Shown here: positions 18,354 to 27,211 of the stretch, piece by piece
Position numbering within the stretch: the stretch's first letter is position 1
Layout of the letters: every line of letters begins with the position of its first letter
NCBI GenBank assembly: GCA_003477045.1
Contig: DMTS01000159.1
Span: forward strand, 3,899 to 39,168
Origin: Candidatus Delongbacteria bacterium
GTDB lineage: Bacteria > UBA4055
Length of the DNA stretch: 35,270 nt
Reading direction: 5' to 3'
Made by a program: the position numbers and the translations under genes
The notes under the pieces: generated by a model
Told to the model about the DNA's origin: nothing
The model's database searches: none
What the model saw: the letters and a program-made list of their open reading frames with translations, nothing else

Positions 18354-20930
18354 ATGTTAAAAATCTGGCAAATATCAAAAAAAATAGTGATCGTAATTCT
18401 GACTGCTGTTTCTATTGTAACGGCATCTGAAATAACAGTTAACGATGTTCAGGAAGTCATAAACGGTCAGAACCTCAAGATCGAAGGTTATATAAATAAT
18501 CTTCAGGCAGCACCCTTCAATACGGAGTTAATGAGTTTTGAAGTTACAAATGACAAAGATCCGTCAATAAAGCTGTATTTATTAAATGTAAAGACAAAGA
18601 ACATTTTCCAGGTTGAATCATCATCCTATACAGCCGATACAAAAGGGAAGAAGAAATATTATTCCAAGGATAGAGGAGTTCAGTGGCATCCCTATAAGAA
18701 CTGGTTCGTGTTTTATGGAAATGGTCTGAGTAACAGGGACCAGCTTTTCATATGTAGGGTTGTAGTTCCCGAACTTATAAATAATTTTGCTGTGAACGGG
18801 TACAGAATCAGGCTTAATGAAAACTCAAAGGAAGAAAAATCCTACTGCATAGAACCGTGTTTCGACATGACAGGAGATAATATTTATTTTTCAAGAAAAG
18901 TCCAGCTTAGGGATAAAAGGGCAAAGTATAACAAAAGCTATAATATAACATATATAAATGATGTTTTCAAATACAGAGATTTCAAATTCAAAGATGTTCA
19001 ATTTGAAACAGTACTTGATAAAAGATTCGATCAGGTAAAACCGTTATGTTCGCCGTCAGACAAAAATCTTGTAGCTTACATATCGAAAAAAAACCAGCCG
19101 AAGAAAGGCGAAGACTACTATGCCGAATATTCTATCAATGTTTATAATTCTGCTACATCTGAAGTAGTGTCAGTGGACAATATGGACGGTTACTATGAAT
19201 ATCCTTTCAGGTGGAGCAGCACGGGAAATCAGATATTTTACTTCAAAGCACTCAGCTTGCTGAGAACTCCGCAGAAATTTATCGACGACAAGGTAAATCA
19301 GGTCAACCTGCATTTTGCTAAAATTACCAGTTCAGCCACTAAGACAGAAGTATTTATTCAGACAAATCCAAAAACTGATATTCTGATCGAAGATGTCGTC
19401 GCGAAAGACAATTCGATATCTTTTATAAACGAGAACAACATAATGCTGGCCAAATGGGATCCTTATGAAACCATTTATCTGATCGATATTAATTTGTGGA
19501 GAAATTTAGATAAAAAATATGCGCAGAAAATTCAGTTCAATAAGGATTTTGATACTCAATATCCGATTTTGATCGGAAATGAGATGTACTTTGTGTCGCT
19601 GATTTTTATAAAAAACAGTCCCGTACCGTCAGTGAATGTTTCTGCTGTAAGTGTCAAACTGAGCGGTGGTGAGAAACAGGAAAAGCTGGCAGTTAAAGCT
19701 GAAATTGATTCAGGCGCATCAGACGATTCGATAGTTGAAGAAGAGTATTCGGAAGATGAAGAGTCATATGATGAGTATTCTGAAAGCGATTATGAAATAG
19801 TGGAAACCAAAGTAACCACCAAAGATAAACCCGCAGATACCAAAAAATCTGAAGAAACCAAAAAAACTTCGAATACCCAGAAAATAGCAGAACTTGAGAG
19901 CCAGAAAAGCAAACTTAGTTTAGATCTTACAAAGTTTGATAAGCAGATATCTGATGAAACAGTAAAAAAAGAGAATTACGAAAGCACTTTAAAAGACCTT
20001 AACAAAAAATCAGCGGATCTTCTAGATGTAAAGAACACACATCTGGAAAAAATCAATCAGATCAAATCTGAACAGATTGCTTCACTTGAAAGCGGTCAAA
20101 AAGTTTCAGGCATAAAAATGCAGCTTTCAAAACTTGAAAGCGACAAATTGTCACTTCAGAACGAAATATTAAAACTTGAAAACACCGCCCTAACCGAGAA
20201 AAATGTTCTGGCGCAACTAGAATCGAAAAAGATTTCAGGTGAGACTGAAAAAGCTAAAGCAAACGGAATAATAAGCGATCTGAAGATCCAGCAGGCAAAA
20301 TTTTCTCAGGATAAGGACAAGCTTGCTTTGTTCCAAACACAGCTAAATGAACTTAAACAGAAAAAAACTGCAGTAGATTCAGATATAACTAAGCTGTCGC
20401 AGTCGCTTCAGACAGACCGGAATAATCTAAACACTTATGAAACACAACTTCTAGGATTCACAGATACGAAAAAAAATCTAACAAACTCAATAGATAAACT
20501 GAAAAACGATAAACTTCTTTCGGTACAAAAAGATAAACAATCCCAGATCAGGTCAAAAGAATCCGGTATCGCTGAAAATAAACAGAAACTGGTTAATTAC
20601 GAAGGACAGATAGCCAGCCTCACTTCGGCAAATGAAACTGAAAACAAAACGATCACAGAACTTAGAAACCAAATTACAAAGCTTAATGACCAGAAACTTA
20701 ATTACCTAAAATCAATCAGCGAACTTAATTCAAAGAAAGCCGAAGCGAAAGAAGTTGTTGCAGAGAAGAACGAACCAAAAAAAGAAAAAGTGGCTAAGAA
20801 AGCAGAAAAAGAAGCCGACGATGATTACGCAGAAGAAGAAGAAGACTACGGGGAAGATTCCTCTATTGATGAGGATATTTTTGAAGACGTAGAAGCTGCT
20901 CCAACGATAAATAGAAGAGGCAGAAGATAA
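18354..20930 (+). CDS. Exported hypothetical protein: TolB-like beta-propeller, acidic linker, long coiled coil, acidic/basic tail
   Basis: Signal-like N-terminus; blade-like motifs QWHPYKNWFVF, PCFDMTGDNIYFS and FRWSSTGNQIFY; about 290 aa of heptads. ATG 18354 preferred over TTG 18321. Confidence 0.75.
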   Translation: MLKIWQISKKIVIVILTAVSIVTASEITVNDVQEVINGQNLKIEGYINNLQAAPFNTELMSFEVTNDKDPSIKLYLLNVKTKNIFQVESSSYTADTKGKKKYYSKDRGVQWHPYKNWFVFYGNGLSNRDQLFICRVVVPELINNFAVNGYRIRLNENSKEEKSYCIEPCFDMTGDNIYFSRKVQLRDKRAKYNKSYNITYINDVFKYRDFKFKDVQFETVLDKRFDQVKPLCSPSDKNLVAYISKKNQPKKGEDYYAEYSINVYNSATSEVVSVDNMDGYYEYPFRWSSTGNQIFYFKALSLLRTPQKFIDDKVNQVNLHFAKITSSATKTEVFIQTNPKTDILIEDVVAKDNSISFINENNIMLAKWDPYETIYLIDINLWRNLDKKYAQKIQFNKDFDTQYPILIGNEMYFVSLIFIKNSPVPSVNVSAVSVKLSGGEKQEKLAVKAEIDSGASDDSIVEEEYSEDEESYDEYSESDYEIVETKVTTKDKPADTKKSEETKKTSNTQKIAELESQKSKLSLDLTKFDKQISDETVKKENYESTLKDLNKKSADLLDVKNTHLEKINQIKSEQIASLESGQKVSGIKMQLSKLESDKLSLQNEILKLENTALTEKNVLAQLESKKISGETEKAKANGIISDLKIQQAKFSQDKDKLALFQTQLNELKQKKTAVDSDITKLSQSLQTDRNNLNTYETQLLGFTDTKKNLTNSIDKLKNDKLLSVQKDKQSQIRSKESGIAENKQKLVNYEGQIASLTSANETENKTITELRNQITKLNDQKLNYLKSISELNSKKAEAKEVVAEKNEPKKEKVAKKAEKEADDDYAEEEEDYGEDSSIDEDIFEDVEAAPTINRRGRR
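19875..20738 (+). repeat. Four diverged ~73-aa coiled-coil repeat units (protein level)
   Basis: Units start at 19875, 20094, 20313 and 20538. Manual ungapped alignment gives invariant I25, K53 and I60, and near-invariant K3, Q10, T34, L39 and L63. Confidence 0.6.
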
Positions 20931-21634
20931 TGACAGGCAGAATTTTACTATACTTATTATTTTTAATAATACTGATAGCTTCATGCACAAAAGAACTCAA
21001 CATAAGAGACATAGGTTTTGAAAAGAGCTTTAAAATCGCAAAGGCTAAATTTAATGAGGAAAATTACAGAGAAGCTCTTAATGATCTGAATTCAATAATT
21101 CTTAATTACGGAGGCGAAAACGGTATAGATTCCGCGCAGTTTCTGATAGGCAGGTCACACTATGAATTAGGAGAGTACTTTTCCGCTTCTTACGAATTTA
21201 ACAGGATATCCGATAATTTTCCCGAATCACATCTGATAGAGGACGCATATTTCAATTCAGCAGAATGTTACAGAGAACTATCTCCCAGATATACTTTGGA
21301 CCAGAAGGAGACATATAATGCAATATCTAAATATCAGCTGTATCTCGATCTTTTTCCGCAGGGAAAATTTTCAGAAATTTCTAATAAGAATATAAAAGAA
21401 CTGAGGGAAAAGCTCGCAAGAAAAACATTTGAAGCCGGAGTGCTTTATCTTAAACTTGACCAGCCACGAGCCGCTAAAGTATATTTTAACGAAATAATCG
21501 ACAATTATTACGACACTTCTTATTATGCTTTATCCCTGGAAAATATTTCAAAGGCATATTTGTCATTGAAGGATGAATATAACCACAAAGTTTATCTTTC
21601 CAAGTTCCAGGAAATTATGAAAACTGAAAAATGA
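20930..21634 (+). CDS. bamD: Outer membrane protein assembly factor BamD
   Basis: Lipobox IAS-C; TPRs; LSPRYTLDQKETYNAI...YLDLFP and LREKLARKTFEAGVLY. Confidence 0.92.
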   Translation: MTGRILLYLLFLIILIASCTKELNIRDIGFEKSFKIAKAKFNEENYREALNDLNSIILNYGGENGIDSAQFLIGRSHYELGEYFSASYEFNRISDNFPESHLIEDAYFNSAECYRELSPRYTLDQKETYNAISKYQLYLDLFPQGKFSEISNKNIKELREKLARKTFEAGVLYLKLDQPRAAKVYFNEIIDNYYDTSYYALSLENISKAYLSLKDEYNHKVYLSKFQEIMKTEK

Positions 21635-22236
21635 AAAAAAAAATCGGATTGTTCGGCGGATCATTTGATCCTATACACACAGCGCATTTGATAATAGCTT
21701 CAGTTATCAGACAGGAGTTCGACCTGGAGAAAATAATATTTATACCCAATTATATATCGCCTTTCAAAGAAAATTCATCAACTTCGGACATCAGTTACAG
21801 AATTGAAATGATAAAACTTTCAATTTCAGGAAATAAAGAATTTGAACTTTCGGATTTTGAGGCATTGCAGAAAAGAGCAGTATATACTTGTGAAACTATA
21901 GAATATTTCAAATCGTTGCACCCCGATTATGATTTAACCCTTATAATAGGTAATGATGCATATAAAACATTTAAAAAATGGAAAAATTCATCTTACATTT
22001 TAGATAATGCAGAAATAATTATAGCTGAAAGATCGGAACAGGCTGTGATAGATCCGGATCATGCAGGCTTCAGGGTGATGATCAGCAGAAAGTGTCCCAA
22101 AATAGAAATATCATCCACATTTATAAGAAAAATGGTTGCGGATAATTTAAATATTAAATATCTTGTAAATGAAAAAGTTCGGCATTATATTATTGGGAAA
22201 AATATTTACAATGGAAATTTAAATAAGCTGGTATGA
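21631..22236 (+). CDS. nadD: Nicotinate-nucleotide adenylyltransferase
   Basis: IGLFGGSFDPIHTAH, SPFK, IIGND..W and EISSTFIR. Confidence 0.93.
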   Translation: MKKKIGLFGGSFDPIHTAHLIIASVIRQEFDLEKIIFIPNYISPFKENSSTSDISYRIEMIKLSISGNKEFELSDFEALQKRAVYTCETIEYFKSLHPDYDLTLIIGNDAYKTFKKWKNSSYILDNAEIIIAERSEQAVIDPDHAGFRVMISRKCPKIEISSTFIRKMVADNLNIKYLVNEKVRHYIIGKNIYNGNLNKLV

Positions 22237-23615
22237 CCATGGGTGACGAAGAAAAAAATAAAAACCCGAGAAAAGATCTTCTGAACAACAGAGAGAATTC
22301 TGAAGGCGAGAGTATATACGGAAAATTCAGGAGCAGGATACTCGATCAGGAACAGAGAGAGATGATGGAGAAAGTCCAGCAGGGAGCAGAATCCGGCTAT
22401 GTATTTGATTCATCAGAAGACGCTTTGTCCGGAGAATATGTAAAAAAGATCGATAAAAAAGTAATAGTCATTTATGTAGTTGTTTCTACGATCGTGCTAA
22501 CTACTTTGATATTTTTCATTTACAGTTTGATACCTGATGCTGAAGATAAATTCGTTAAATATAAAAGCCTGATAGCTGAAGTCGAGAAGCTGAATGTTAA
22601 AAAAAGCAAAAAAATTCAGGAGATCGAAAGCGTAGTCTCAGAGCTGAAAAAGAACGAAAAATATAAAAATCTTGAGATAGATTCGAACGACGATAGAGTT
22701 CTTACAGCAGAATCTATGGAATTTTTATCCCAACAGGCTGAAAAAGAAGATAATTCCGGAATTAAATCTAAAATCAGCTCTATCATTCAGAGCGATGAAG
22801 AGATCAAGGCTATTCAACAGGATATAATCTCGAAGAATAAAGGACTTGAAGCACCGGTAGTTATGACAAAATCCCGGGGACATGAGCAGATCGCATATGC
22901 CTTTCTAACTCAGAAAAAGGGATTGAGCGACCAAAAAGCAAAAGAGGTGATCGAGAGTGTTAATGTTTTTGATTACACATACGAAGGTCTCTATGTCTGG
23001 AATTTCTATGAGAACGGTTTTTACGGGTCTTTTATAACCAAGGGGGAAGCGGACAAGTCACCCAATGAGATAAAGAAACTGGCACAACAGGCATTCCAGG
23101 AAAGAATGCTTGATCTTGAAAGAGAAAAAACGGCTTTGAAAAATATTACCAAACAGCTTGAAACAGATCTAAAAACATCTCAGGCAAAAGTTGAACAGCT
23201 TTTGAATGAAAGGGATAAGCTTGGAGAGCTTGATTCCAAGAACAAACAGCTTAAAGAGGAGATGGTAAAGAAAGAAGAAATGATAAGCGATCTGAATTCA
23301 GTCAGATATAAGCTACTCGCATATTCTTTCGCGATAGAAAGAGGGATCATTTCAGAAACTGTCTGGGAAGGTGTAAAGATTGAAAAGTCGTCAGGACTTG
23401 ACTATTCATCTAAAGTCGATTTTTCAGTTACCGACAACCTCATTATCAGGCCTAAGCAGTTCAGCCTTAACGCGTTTACTGAGGTCTATGTGCTGCCTAA
23501 ATCTCTAGTAACATCCGGAGATATTAAAATATTGAAGAAAGATCAGATATGTAAAATTGAATTCGTCAACAAAGCGAATTTGATCAAGAAACAGATATTA
23601 ATTATCGCAAAATAA
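22233..23615 (+). CDS. Hypothetical bitopic membrane protein with coiled coils and an inserted globular domain
   Basis: Charged N-terminus, single TM (VIVIYVVVSTIVLTTLIFFIYSLI), two coiled-coil stretches and a beta-rich C-terminus; ATGA overlap with nadD. Confidence 0.75.
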   Translation: MTMGDEEKNKNPRKDLLNNRENSEGESIYGKFRSRILDQEQREMMEKVQQGAESGYVFDSSEDALSGEYVKKIDKKVIVIYVVVSTIVLTTLIFFIYSLIPDAEDKFVKYKSLIAEVEKLNVKKSKKIQEIESVVSELKKNEKYKNLEIDSNDDRVLTAESMEFLSQQAEKEDNSGIKSKISSIIQSDEEIKAIQQDIISKNKGLEAPVVMTKSRGHEQIAYAFLTQKKGLSDQKAKEVIESVNVFDYTYEGLYVWNFYENGFYGSFITKGEADKSPNEIKKLAQQAFQERMLDLEREKTALKNITKQLETDLKTSQAKVEQLLNERDKLGELDSKNKQLKEEMVKKEEMISDLNSVRYKLLAYSFAIERGIISETVWEGVKIEKSSGLDYSSKVDFSVTDNLIIRPKQFSLNAFTEVYVLPKSLVTSGDIKILKKDQICKIEFVNKANLIKKQILIIAK

Positions 23616-23621
23616 ATTTTA

Positions 23622-24563
23622 ATGAAACAAAATTATAAGTATATATTCGGACCGGTTCCTTCCCGGAGGTTCGGTTTATCTTTAGGGATAGATCTTCTTG
23701 GAAGCAAGATATGTTCAATGGACTGCATCTATTGTGAAGTAGGAAGAACTAGCAATCTGACAATGAAAAGAGACGAATATGTACCCGCCGGTGAAGTGCT
23801 GGATGAATTAAGGAATTTTCTGGAGACGAATTCCGAGAAGCCTGATTATATAACTTTTTCAGGAATGGGAGAACCCACCCTTCATTCTGGTATTGGCTAC
23901 ATAATCGACAGAATTCATGAAATGACCGATATTCCCGTATGTGTCCTGACAAACTCAACCACGATCACAAATGAAGAAGTATTTAACGCTTTACTTAGAG
24001 CCGATGTCGTAGTGCCGTCGCTGGATGCGCTAAATTCAAATTCTATAAAAAAACTTAACAAACCTGTTGAGGGGTTAGATTTTACAAAAATTGTTGAAAA
24101 ACTCTCGGAATTTAAAAAGGCTTTTAAAGGCAGGCTGCTGATAGAAATACTTTTTGTAAAAGGAATTAATGATAATGAAAGTGAGCTTGAAGTTTTAACT
24201 AAAGCTGTTAATATAATCCATCCTGATGGACTTCAGATCCATACGGTCGCAAGACCTTCGATGTCAGGCCATGCTGATCCCGTAAGCGATGAGTTTCTTG
24301 AATATGCCCGAAATTACTTCAGTATCTCATCTTCTAAAATAGACGATTTCAATAAAATAAACAAAAACAATTTTATAACAGACGAAGATTTGATAGTTTC
24401 TCTGTTAAAGGTCAGATCCTGCCATTTTCAAGAGATATTAGATTCAACAGGTATAACCGAAGTTAAACTTAAGAAACTTTTGGATGGGCTTAATAATAAA
24501 GGTGAAATCAGGAAAATAAATTTTAATGACATAACATATTATAAAATAACCGGGAGCAAATAA
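23622..24563 (+). CDS. Radical SAM protein (COG0731-like) with C-terminal wHTH-like region
   Basis: FGPVPSRRFGLSLGIDL, CSMDCIYC (CxxxCxxC), ITFSGMGEPTL and VLTNS. Confidence 0.9.
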   Translation: MKQNYKYIFGPVPSRRFGLSLGIDLLGSKICSMDCIYCEVGRTSNLTMKRDEYVPAGEVLDELRNFLETNSEKPDYITFSGMGEPTLHSGIGYIIDRIHEMTDIPVCVLTNSTTITNEEVFNALLRADVVVPSLDALNSNSIKKLNKPVEGLDFTKIVEKLSEFKKAFKGRLLIEILFVKGINDNESELEVLTKAVNIIHPDGLQIHTVARPSMSGHADPVSDEFLEYARNYFSISSSKIDDFNKINKNNFITDEDLIVSLLKVRSCHFQEILDSTGITEVKLKKLLDGLNNKGEIRKINFNDITYYKITGSK

Positions 24564-24566
24564 TAC

Positions 24567-24595
24567 TTGACTTAAACAATTTTTAATTGTATCTT
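24567..24595 (+). promoter_or_regulatory. Candidate sigma70 promoter
   Basis: TTGACT-N17-TATCTT, about 30 nt upstream of ATG 24625. Confidence 0.6.
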
Positions 24596-24624
24596 AGAAT
24601 TCAGAAAGAAATCGAAAGGGTAAA

Positions 24625-25014
24625 ATGAAAAAAAGGATACTGATTTTACTGATTCTTAGCTTTAGCGTGGTTTATTCGTCGACAGGCGTGCTTAATTTTA
24701 ACGCCGAGTATTCTAGCGGTCTTGTAAAGATCGAGTGGCTAAGCTCCGTAGAAACCAATGTGAAAGAGTTCATTATTGAGAAATCTTCAAACAATATAAC
24801 ATTCAACAAACTAACTTCAGAAACGCCGAAGGGCAGCTCTTCGGCATACACCGTATTTGATATGAGTCCTCACTCAAAAGATGCGCTTCTTTATTATAGG
24901 GTTATTGTGCTTGACTACGATGGCTCGCGGCATGTGTCTGAAACTGTAAGTGTAATCATTTCTACAGCCGGTGTATCTTTCACTTGGGGCAGCATCAAGG
25001 CAATGTTCAGATAG
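24625..25014 (+). CDS. Small secreted Ig/FN3-like protein with C-terminal TWGSIKAMFR motif
   Basis: Signal peptide; FNAEYSSGLVKIEW..VETNVKEFIIEKS...YTVFD...YYRV..LDYDG..VS beta-sandwich pattern; terminal FTWGSIKAMFR. Confidence 0.8.
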   Translation: MKKRILILLILSFSVVYSSTGVLNFNAEYSSGLVKIEWLSSVETNVKEFIIEKSSNNITFNKLTSETPKGSSSAYTVFDMSPHSKDALLYYRVIVLDYDGSRHVSETVSVIISTAGVSFTWGSIKAMFR

Positions 25015-25132
25015 AATCAAGCAGAATCCAACTTTTTATTCCTGTTTATTATTCTTGCAAATGTTCAAATAATTTTATACTTTTATAGTATTACTTTAGG
25101 AGATATCCGAAAGTATCTAAATTATATGTGGA

Positions 25133-26158
25133 GTGCTTTTGAGAGAAACTATTCTTACGGGTTCTGAATTAACTGAAGATAGAGAGATTGAAAATTCTTT
25201 ACGACCTTTAAGGTTTGAGGATTTCGTGGGGCAGGAAAAACTTATTGAAAATCTGAAGGTTTTTGTGCAGTCTGCAAAGATGAGAAACGAAAGCCTGGAC
25301 CATACAATACTTCACGGTCCGCCGGGCCTTGGAAAAACTACACTCGCACATTTGATAGCAAATGAGCTTGGGGTTGAGATAAAAGTCACTTCAGGACCCG
25401 TGCTTGAAAAGGCTGCAGACCTTGCAGGTCTTCTTACAAACCTTAAGGACAGGGATGTTTTGTTTATTGACGAAATACACAGACTGTCCCCCGTGATAGA
25501 GGAATACCTTTATCCCGCAATGGAAGACTACACAATAGATATTATGCTTAGCAGCGGACCCTCTGCGAACAGTGTCCAGCTGCAGTTACCAAGATTCACT
25601 TTGATCGGAGCGACTACCAGAGCAGGAAATCTAACTTCGCCTTTAAGAGCGCGTTTCGGAGTATCCTGCAGAATGAATTATTACAATTCCGCAGATGTGT
25701 ACAAAATTCTGAAAAGAAGCTCAAAAATTTTGAATATCGATCTGAACGATGATGCAGCATCCGAAATGGCGAAAAGATCAAGAGGGACACCGAGGATAGC
25801 CATAAGGCTTTTGCGCAGGATAAGGGATTTTGCTCTTGTTCAGCATTCTGGATTCATAACAAAGGATATCGCGATATCCGCCATGGAGTCATTGGACATT
25901 GATGAAAAAGGTCTTGATGATATGGACAGGGCAATAATTCTTGCTATGATTGATAAATTCAACGGCGGCCCGGTCGGAATAAAGAATATATCCGTAGCAG
26001 TCGGCGAAGAATCGGACACGATCGAAGAAGTTTATGAGCCGTTTCTCATCCAGGAGGGATTTATACAGAGAACCCAGCGGGGGAGAATAGTTACAGAGCT
26101 TGGTTACAGACATTACGGTAAAAACTATACTAACAGCAAAAGTGATCTGGGATTATAA
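25133..26158 (+). CDS. ruvB: Holliday junction branch migration helicase RuvB
   Basis: [42 protein letters not shown] and YEPFLIQ. Confidence 0.98.
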   Translation: MLLRETILTGSELTEDREIENSLRPLRFEDFVGQEKLIENLKVFVQSAKMRNESLDHTILHGPPGLGKTTLAHLIANELGVEIKVTSGPVLEKAADLAGLLTNLKDRDVLFIDEIHRLSPVIEEYLYPAMEDYTIDIMLSSGPSANSVQLQLPRFTLIGATTRAGNLTSPLRARFGVSCRMNYYNSADVYKILKRSSKILNIDLNDDAASEMAKRSRGTPRIAIRLLRRIRDFALVQHSGFITKDIAISAMESLDIDEKGLDDMDRAIILAMIDKFNGGPVGIKNISVAVGEESDTIEEVYEPFLIQEGFIQRTQRGRIVTELGYRHYGKNYTNSKSDLGL

Positions 26159-27186
26159 TGTACGAAGTATCGGATTATGATTTTATTCTGCCTAAAAGGC
26201 TGATAGCCCAAAAACCGACAGGAAAAAGGGATAAGTCCAGGCTGCTGACCATCGACAGAAAATACGGTACGATCGGAACAGGTATTTTTTCTGAAATCGA
26301 AAAATGGTTTGATCCGGGTGATGTACTTGTACTCAACGAAACAAAAGTTATTCCCGCCCGCCTATATGGAAGAACAGAAGATGATGCCGAAATAGAGATA
26401 CTGCTTCTCAGAGAGATAGAAGAAAACCTGTGGGAAATAATGGTCAAACCAGGAAGAAAAGTAAAAATAAACGGTACTATTTTTTTTGATGGAAACGCAA
26501 GCTGTACAATACAAAAGATTACAGCTGAAGGGAACAGGACAGCTATTTTTGAGTGTGAACAAAATTTCTTTGATTTTATTGAAACCTACGGAAAAGTCCC
26601 TCTTCCGCCCTATATTGAAAGGGACGCTGTCGAGCTTGACAAAAACAGGTATCAGACTGTTTACGCGAAAGTGCCCGGAGCAGTGGCCGCACCTACGGCC
26701 GGACTTCATTTTACAGATGATCTGCTGGGATCGTTAAAAATAAAGGGTGTTAATATTTGTACGATAGTGCTTCATGTCGGAGCAGGTACATTCAAGCCTA
26801 TAAAAGTAAAATCAATTCTTGATCATAAAATGCATCGGGAATATTATGAAGTGACCGAGCAGGCTGCCGAACTAATCAATAACGCAAAAAGCAGAGGGAA
26901 TAAAATATTCGCAGTGGGTACAACTGCCGCAAGAACTCTTGAAACAGTTTCGGACAAATCAGGAAAGATCGCTCCAAGTAAAGGTGAGACCGATATTTTT
27001 ATATACCCGGGCTATAAGTTTAAAATAGTTGATCATTTAATAACAAATTTTCATCTTCCCAAATCTTCTCTCATTCTGCTTGTTTCAGCTTTCAGTTCAA
27101 TTGAGATGATAAAAAAAGCATATGATCTTGCAATAAAAGAAGAATTCAGGTTTTACAGCTACGGCGATGCTATGCTGATATTATAG
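26158..27186 (+). CDS. queA: S-adenosylmethionine:tRNA ribosyltransferase-isomerase
   Basis: LIAQKP, VPLPPYI, YQTVYA, AVAAPTAGLHF, TNFHLPKS and FYSYGDAMLI. Confidence 0.98.
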   Translation: MYEVSDYDFILPKRLIAQKPTGKRDKSRLLTIDRKYGTIGTGIFSEIEKWFDPGDVLVLNETKVIPARLYGRTEDDAEIEILLLREIEENLWEIMVKPGRKVKINGTIFFDGNASCTIQKITAEGNRTAIFECEQNFFDFIETYGKVPLPPYIERDAVELDKNRYQTVYAKVPGAVAAPTAGLHFTDDLLGSLKIKGVNICTIVLHVGAGTFKPIKVKSILDHKMHREYYEVTEQAAELINNAKSRGNKIFAVGTTAARTLETVSDKSGKIAPSKGETDIFIYPGYKFKIVDHLITNFHLPKSSLILLVSAFSSIEMIKKAYDLAIKEEFRFYSYGDAMLIL

Positions 27187-27211
27187 AAATAATTAATTTA
27201 AGGAGTCGAAA

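Noticed and set aside
25133-27186. Missing ruvA and tgt around ruvB-queA as a sign of gene loss
   Set aside because: These genes are often unlinked, so absence from one window is uninformative.
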